This document shows, in pieces, positions 55,784 through 64,000 of a stretch of 64,000 bases of DNA. The position numbers and the translations under genes were made by a program. Under the pieces are notes generated by a model that saw nothing but the letters and a program-made list of their open reading frames with translations, did no database searches and was not told the DNA's origin. The DNA comes from Eledone cirrhosa (taxonomy: Eukaryota). The DNA lies in contig OZ024741.1 in assembly GCA_964016885.1 (NCBI GenBank), positions 122,512,001-122,576,000 on the forward strand, given 5' to 3'. The number at the start of each line of letters is the position of its first letter. Position 1 is the first letter of the stretch.

Positions 55784-56048
55784 TGATGATCATGATGGTA
55801 TATGATGAGATGACTACCCGATTTTAAGGTTCATCATTGACGATTAAAAGTGACGTGTACTCGTCAGAGACTCTTTAAATCTACCTGACCCCCTGTTAAA
55901 GCTACCAAACAAAGTTGTATATCTGCACATCTGTACCAAAGTAGTGTATTTTCATTTATAGCGCTTTAGCTTCCCACATAATTTGCATTTACACCATCTA
56001 TGGTCGTTAACTGTCTGTAGTTACACCTGACATTATGAATTTAGTTGT

Positions 56049-56231
56049 GCGGTGGATTGGCAGTATCGGTAGAGGGTCGGACGCCATGCTTTCCAGCATA
56101 GTTACGTCCCTTTACGATCTGAGTTCAAATCCCGCCGAGGTTGACTTTGCCTTTCATCCTTACGGGGTCGATAAAATAAAGTACCAGTAATGCACTGGAT
56201 AATTGCTGGCCTTGTGCCTAAAGTAGAAACA
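56049..56231 (+). mobile_element. Young SINE family A copy with 18-bp TSD
   Basis: TSD attatgaatttagttgtg at 56032-56049 and 56232-56249. Confidence 0.92.
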
Positions 56232-57465
56232 ATTATGAATTTAGTTGTGACAAATCAAACTAACGTTGGACTGACATATCTGATTACAGATAGCGCAGGC
56301 CAAGTTTAACTCATGCATTTCACAAACTGCGCACTTTCGTGCAGCTCACTAGAATTCCACATGACAGATGCGTATTTTTCAAAAACACTGCCACATTCTT
56401 TCTCCAGATTTTCCGTTGGTAGCATTGAAGTGCATTTGTTTCCCATCTCTTCTCGTGTAGCTTGAACGTTTTCGAAGGGAATTTTAAGCGGTTCCGAAAG
56501 AGCAGCCTTTATTTATACACGGGCCGCTTTCCGAATACCAGCTCACCGTATGGTATCTACTTCGAGATCCTCCGAACATTCATTCATACAAGGTGCCTGA
56601 TGCTTGTGAACCATTGATTTAAGAATAAAAAAATAGTCACTCCTAAAAATCCTGTATCTGGAGTCCGCAATAACCCACTGACATTCAGAATATGTCTGAA
56701 AAATATATGATGAAAACATTCAAGAATCATTAAAACAAACTTGTAAAAGATCTATGCTAGACGTGATCCCCAAAAAGAAAGGTCATTACACGTGCACGAT
56801 GCAGAGTAATTTTTGATAACCTCATGGTGACATGTCGTGACCAAACATGAGACTGAAGAACCATGAAGAATTCAGATGTATTTCAAAATCTTGGAGATAC
56901 TGAAGAGGCGTCCGGAGACCTGCAACTCACATATATTCTGGAAAAGTAATCGGCTGCAAAGGTATGAGTGAGATTACAATGTAATACAAGAGATTTGACT
57001 TATGGATGTCAGCACACACACACACACCGCACACGGACACACACATATATATATACAAATAGTATATTAGAGTGGCCTTTATATTTCAGTTTTCTAAACT
57101 TTTAGCTCCCACCCCCGTTTCAAGCGAACAACTGCAAGGCTACCCTCATCGACCGTGAACGTTTAAAGTTTTCTCCCGGAAAGTCCTTTTTTCAGATAAA
57201 TATTCTTTATCTCTTATTTAATTTTCTCTTAAATTAAAAACTTGTTCAGATTTATTCTTGGTATTAGAAGGAGAAGTGACAATAAATATAATGGGGAAGG
57301 AAACTTGCAAAGCTGGGGACAGAGCACAGGTATAGGGCAAACACCTATTTTTCGTTGTGGTAGCAGCAAAAGTTTAAGTTTCGGAAAGTTACCTATTGCA
57401 AAGGGCCACTGTAATATACATATATCCGTATGACAGGTTGACAGGTGAGAGAAATGAGTACTCAG

Positions 57466-57511
<46 letters not shown>

Positions 57512-57679
57512 GGAATTTATATCTAGTAACATTTATATACACACAGATGCATATCAATGCTAGCGAATATATAGGTTTTGTCTTATTAACATTGTGGTTC
57601 AATGCATGGGGTTGCAGAACAATAATATGAGAGACGTAAAATAAGAAAATTATAAAATTAACTTACTTACTAAAAAATC

Positions 57680-57762
57680 ACTTCCAACTAATTAGTTTCT
57701 GGAATGGAGTAAATATATTTTCCGAAGAAACATATCGAAAATCATTCCGTCATCAGGAAAGT
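57680..57762 (-). ncRNA. Type I HHR
   Basis: rc: actttc CTGATGA cggaatg..cattcca GAAA ctaattag TT ggaagt. Confidence 0.75.
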
Positions 57763-57959
57763 CTTTTTCCGTGTAAGTCTCCAGGCATAGCGAGGACTCT
57801 GGAAACTTATTAAAAAAATAATTCAGTGGAAAGGAATTAGCGAAGCGTGGACTGGATTCCTAGCCATTGAGAAAATCACTGCCTCTACGTCCGTGGCAAA
57901 TTCAAAAAGAAACAATCACGTGACATCGAGGTCAATCAGTGGAAAGCGAGTGGTTACTA

Positions 57960-59320
<1,361 letters not shown>

Positions 59321-59712
59321 ATAAGCAGAACAAGTAAAATTCAACCAATTTTTCAAAATAAATCAAAATTAATTTAAAATTAAAATTAATCAAAATTAAA
59401 AAATATAATATAAATATTTACGTATTCAAATGGCCCTTACTGTACAGTTTCACTTTGAAAAACATTAGATATCACATGGATATTAATGGAAAAACAAAGA
59501 TCATCAGAGAAGCATTTTCCTTTCCTAGGGTTAAAAGCCTCAGGAACGATAAAATATATGACCTCGTCCCCAGCTAACATGGGTCTGAAAGGTCGTAAAA
59601 GTGACCCTATATACGCCGGTGTGAAGTGAAGGCGGGAAATCACAGACTATAGACAACAAGTCTGTGATTTCCCGCCTTCACTTCACTTTAGTCATATATA
59701 TTTATAACTTTA

Positions 59713-59767
<55 letters not shown>

Positions 59768-59772
<5 letters not shown>

Positions 59773-60230
59773 TATGTATACGTACATACACATATGTATA
59801 CAGACGTACAGTAGTATGTATATATATATACATACATGCACACACATATACATGTACGTATGGATTCACTGAACATTTATTATAATGCCCGGTGTGTTTG
59901 TAAACAAATATCCAGAATTAAGCCGTACAGTGTCTAGCAACCATCGTTGCTCATTTATTCAACACTGACAAAGGAACGCTCTACTAGTTTCAAGCTTATT
60001 AGCTATCGTGAGAAACGTATACCTTCCTGCCAGATGATTGAACGTCTGAAAGTATATACTTTCCTTATGCATACTAACGGCTGAGCAGCCTAATTTGTAT
60101 ATCGAGTGAGTTAATCGGCCGGGCGCGCCGAAGACGATAAACGGAAAAAATGAAACGAAATTTCATTTCTCACTCTTAGCACGGCTGTTACTTAAATATA
60201 AGTATGTATACGTACATACGTACATATATA
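59768..60230 (-). repeat. Family A unit with mutated HHR core
   Basis: Homologous to 34500-35120; core reads CTCACGA instead of CTGACGA (59975-60018). Confidence 0.85.
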
Positions 60231-60261
60231 TAAAAACCACAGACCCTCCATCTCAACTCTA

Positions 60262-60297
60262 CTTTTGAAAAGCAGAAGAACTGCGAAACCGGTAAAG
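60262..60297 (+). ncRNA. Minimal type I HHR candidate, U3-A8 variant
   Basis: ctt TTGAAAA gcag-aagaa-ctgc GAAA ccgg TA aag; short stem I. Confidence 0.55.
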
Positions 60298-60428
60298 GAA
60301 CCAAATAAATTTATGTATTTTAAAAAAAATAAGACTCCAGTTGCATTTTCGATTTCATCTTTTTTTCTTTATACTTTCACTCGTGTAGGACACCTCGGTT
60401 ATTTTTCATTTTGTAAAAAAAACCTCAC

Positions 60429-60502
<74 letters not shown>

Positions 60503-60566
60503 GTAGAACACTGGAAGGTAATATCCGTAGTGTTAGAGCACTCAGTCCATGGGACGAGTTAGGTAG

Positions 60567-60859
<293 letters not shown>

Positions 60860-60983
60860 TGGTTACACACCAGTTAGTTCACCATACCGAGAACAATTGT
60901 TTGTGTGAAGAGTTAAGGTATTAGTTGATTTATTTATTAATTAACAATGGCATTTATTTATCTATTTTTATATTCAATAATTG

Positions 60984-61023
60984 TCTATTACCGGTTTCAA
61001 CATTTTTATGCATTATCAAATGA
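60984..61023 (-). ncRNA. U3-A8 HHR, homologue of 5932-5969
   Basis: rc: tcat TTGATAA tgcataaaaatgtt GAAA ccgg TA ataga. Confidence 0.55.
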
Positions 61024-61117
61024 TAGTGATATGTATTAATATAGTATGGTGGTGTCGCACATGTTAAAGGAACGGTGCAGAAAGAATAATGTTATTTACA
61101 AACAACGTTTACGAAGT

Positions 61118-61290
61118 GAAAAGAAAAAAGAGAAAAGAAAAAAGAAAAAAGAAAAAAGAAAAAAGAAAAAAGAAAAAAGAAAAAAGAAAAAAGAAAAAAG
61201 AAAAAAGAAAAAAGAAAAAAGAAAAAAGAAAAAAGAAAAAAGAAAAAAGAAAAAAGAAAAAAGAAAAGAGAAAAAAGAAAAAAGAAAAGA
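61118..61290. repeat. (AAAAAAG)n 7-bp tandem repeat
   Basis: Direct reading; produces the spurious K/E/R and F/S ORFs. Confidence 0.95.
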
Positions 61291-64000
61291 ACGGTCGTAA
61301 TGTAGAGCATAAAAAGTCAATGTGAAAGGAAAAGTAATGTTATTTACAGGCATAGTTCTTGAAGTTAAGCAGATCAAAATGTGTTAATATAGCAAGGGTG
61401 CTTAGTTGATCTATGATGGAGGCAAATGGTGGACTGAGGTTTGATATGATTTCCCTTTTTAGAGAGTTAATAAGCAGGGGGGGGGGGGAATTCAGGCTGG
61501 ATGATATTTAATTTATTTAAGAAAAAGGATTAGGTAGGGTGTGAGGGAGGTAACACTTGTAAATGTATGATTGTTTGTTGCAGTTTTAGTTTGGTCCGAA
61601 GTTTAGTGCATTAAATAGAGGTTGGAATTTGTTAATGAAATATGTTTCCTTATTGGTACGATGGGTGAAAGTAGCGTTGTCTATGAATTTGTAAATGGGG
61701 AAAATTTTAAAGTTTGGATGTTAGTTATGTGCAGAATTGGCGATTTCTATTTTGTTGCTTGTTTTCTTGATGGGATGTCGAGGAAAGGGAGTTGTTCATG
61801 GCTGTACTCCATTGTGAATTGTAAGTTTGTGTTGAGTCCATTCAGAAAGGTTTTAAACTCAAAAAGTCTACATATACTTTCATGCCAGAGGATGAAGCAG
61901 TCGTCCAGATATCTCTTCCAGTTCTTTTCTATGTGTTGGTAGAAGTGGTTGCAGTATTTGTCTAGAACTTTGCGGTAGAGAGTGGTTTCCAAATATCCCA
62001 TGACAAGGCTGGCGTATGAGGGGGCTACTTTCGTGCCCATGGCAGTCCCAGATTTCTGTCTGTAGCATTTGGCATCGAATTCGAAGAAGTTGTTTTCCAA
62101 GATGAATTTGAGTCTCTCCAACACAAATTCTTTAGGGATGCGCTGTGGGAGTTCACTAGGGAAATTTTCAAGCCAGAATTGTATTGCCTCTATACCTAAG
62201 TTGTGTGGGATATTGCAATATAAATTGATGACATCAAAGGTTACTAGTAGGGTATGTTCATTATTGAGTGTTGTTGGGAGGTGGTTGAGCATGTCAAGGT
62301 CGTCCCTTATGAAGCTTTTTATGTCTTTTAGGAAAGGTTTAAGCAGAATACCTAGGAAGTTGCTTAGGCGCTGGGTTTCACATGTATTGTCTGCTATTAT
62401 GGGTCTTAATTTAAGGTCATCAGGAGGGGCTATATTGATGTAAACGTCTGTGGCTTGCTTGCAGGCCCTACATATTACTTCGCTTTTGTGTGTCTTTTGG
62501 GATACCGTAGAAGAGGCTGGTTCTGCTTTTGAAATTGGTGATGTAGTTGTATTCTTTGTCTGTAAGGCCTTCTTTGTAAAGCGTTGTTAGAGATTTTAGG
62601 TTTCTCATTATTTTCTGTTGTGTGTAGTGTTGGGCCTTTTCATAATATGTTTGGTTTTCTAGAGTTGAGAGTACTAGAGTCGTGTAATAATATGTCTCCA
62701 TAAGGACTACTGCACTCCCTTTATCTGCCTCTTTGATTATTAGGGTTTTGTCGTTTTTTAGACTGTTAAGACCATTCAATTCTATTTTGCTTAGGTTTGG
62801 TTTTCGTTTATGTCTGTGTAGGTGGTCGTATGGGTAATTAGTAATGCGTTCGCAGAATTGATCGAGAAATTTGTTCTTGCCTTTTGGTGGGGTGTAGTTG
62901 CTTCTATTTCTGGCTATGGAGTCATCCTCATTGTATTTGTTGTATAGTTGTTCGCTGAGTCTTAGTTTTCTACAGAATTCTGCAATATCTTCCTTCATAT
63001 CGGGGTAGTTTGGTTGTTGGGGAGTTGGTGTAAATTTTAGACCTTTGGAGAGTATGTTGATTTGGTCTGTTGTTAATTCTTTAGAGGTTAAATTAACAAT
63101 TTTTATTGCATTTTGTGTCTCCTGTGTGTTTTGTGTTATCTTGTTATCCTGTGTCTGTGTGCTGTGTCTAAAAAATGATTAGGGAAGTTGTGATGGCTGA
63201 TGAAGTTTGGATGTCTCTTATAGTTGTATTGGTCCCTGTTGTTGTTGTTAGATGGTATGTAACTGTGGTGGTTGTTGAGTTTAGGTTGTATCGTGTGGTT
63301 GTATTGAGCCCTGCTGATGTTGTTGTAGGGTGTGTAGATTTGATGGACGTGGTTATAGGGTGTGAAGTTGTGGTGGTTGTTGAAGTTGGGTTGTATCGTA
63401 TGGGTGTACTGAGCACTGCTGTTGTTGTAGGGTGTGTAGACTTGGTGGTAGTTGTAGTAGGGTTGTCTTGTGTGGTTATATTGAGTCCTGCTGTTGCTGT
63501 TATATGGTGTGTAGCTATGGTGGTTGTAGTGGTTAGGGTGTCTCGTGTGGTTGTATTGTCCCCGGCTGGTGTTGTTGTAGTAGGATGTGGTTAGTGGGGG
63601 AGGGTAGATTAGGGTTTCCTTATAGCTGATGTGTGACATGTGTGGTAGTTGTGTATTTTGGGTTCTATGTTGGAAGTAATGATGGTTGTGCGTTTGTTGT
63701 GTGGGGATGTTAGGGGGCTTGTAATAGTAGGGGATTCTATGGTTTCTCCTGGTGGGAGAGAAGTTGTAGTGCCTATCTTGTAGCTGATGTTTCTCTATTA
63801 CTATATTTGTTGCTTGGGAATCCGTGTGGTAGTTGTGTGGAGGATGTAGGAGGTAGGGGCGAGGTGATGCCTTCTTTTGTTGGTATGTGGGGAGGTATTG
63901 CTTTTTTGTTGTTGTTGGTTGTTGTGTGGTGTTTGGGTGTTGATTGAGTTTTCTTGTTATTATGGTTTTAATGAAGGGGTTCTTGGATGTGTGTTCTTTT

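Noticed and set aside
57861-57956. tagcca TTGAGAA..cagtg GAAA gcgag tggtta
   Set aside because: Lacks the UH cleavage triplet

Overview
AT-rich, microsatellite-saturated animal genomic DNA. The SINE types, (TA)n/(TATG)n density and receptor type suggest an octopod cephalopod; this is inferred, not proven. The only apparent host genes are two convergent, intronless, Cys-rich family-B (Methuselah/adhesion-like) 7TM receptors (20265-22166 +, 37988-39772 -). The rest is mobile DNA: a near full-length Tx1-type LINE, a Dong/R4-type LINE, two decayed Penelope-like elements (PLEs) plus a 3' fragment, RTE fragments, about 20 tRNA-derived SINEs, MITEs and many short inverted-repeat elements within (TA)n tracts. 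The main signal not shown by the ORF track is about 25 type I hammerhead-ribozyme (HHR) motifs from roughly 15 unrelated sequence families, read by eye (stem I - CUGANGA or UUGANAA - stem II - GAAA - short, usually palindromic helix III - UH - stem I). They include compensatory U3-A8 cores, covarying stems, enlarged branched stem II, head-to-head palindromes and a 480-bp tandem array with one HHR per unit (retrozyme/circRNA-like). All folds were done manually and need computational and experimental confirmation. Most short ORFs in the track are microsatellite artefacts.
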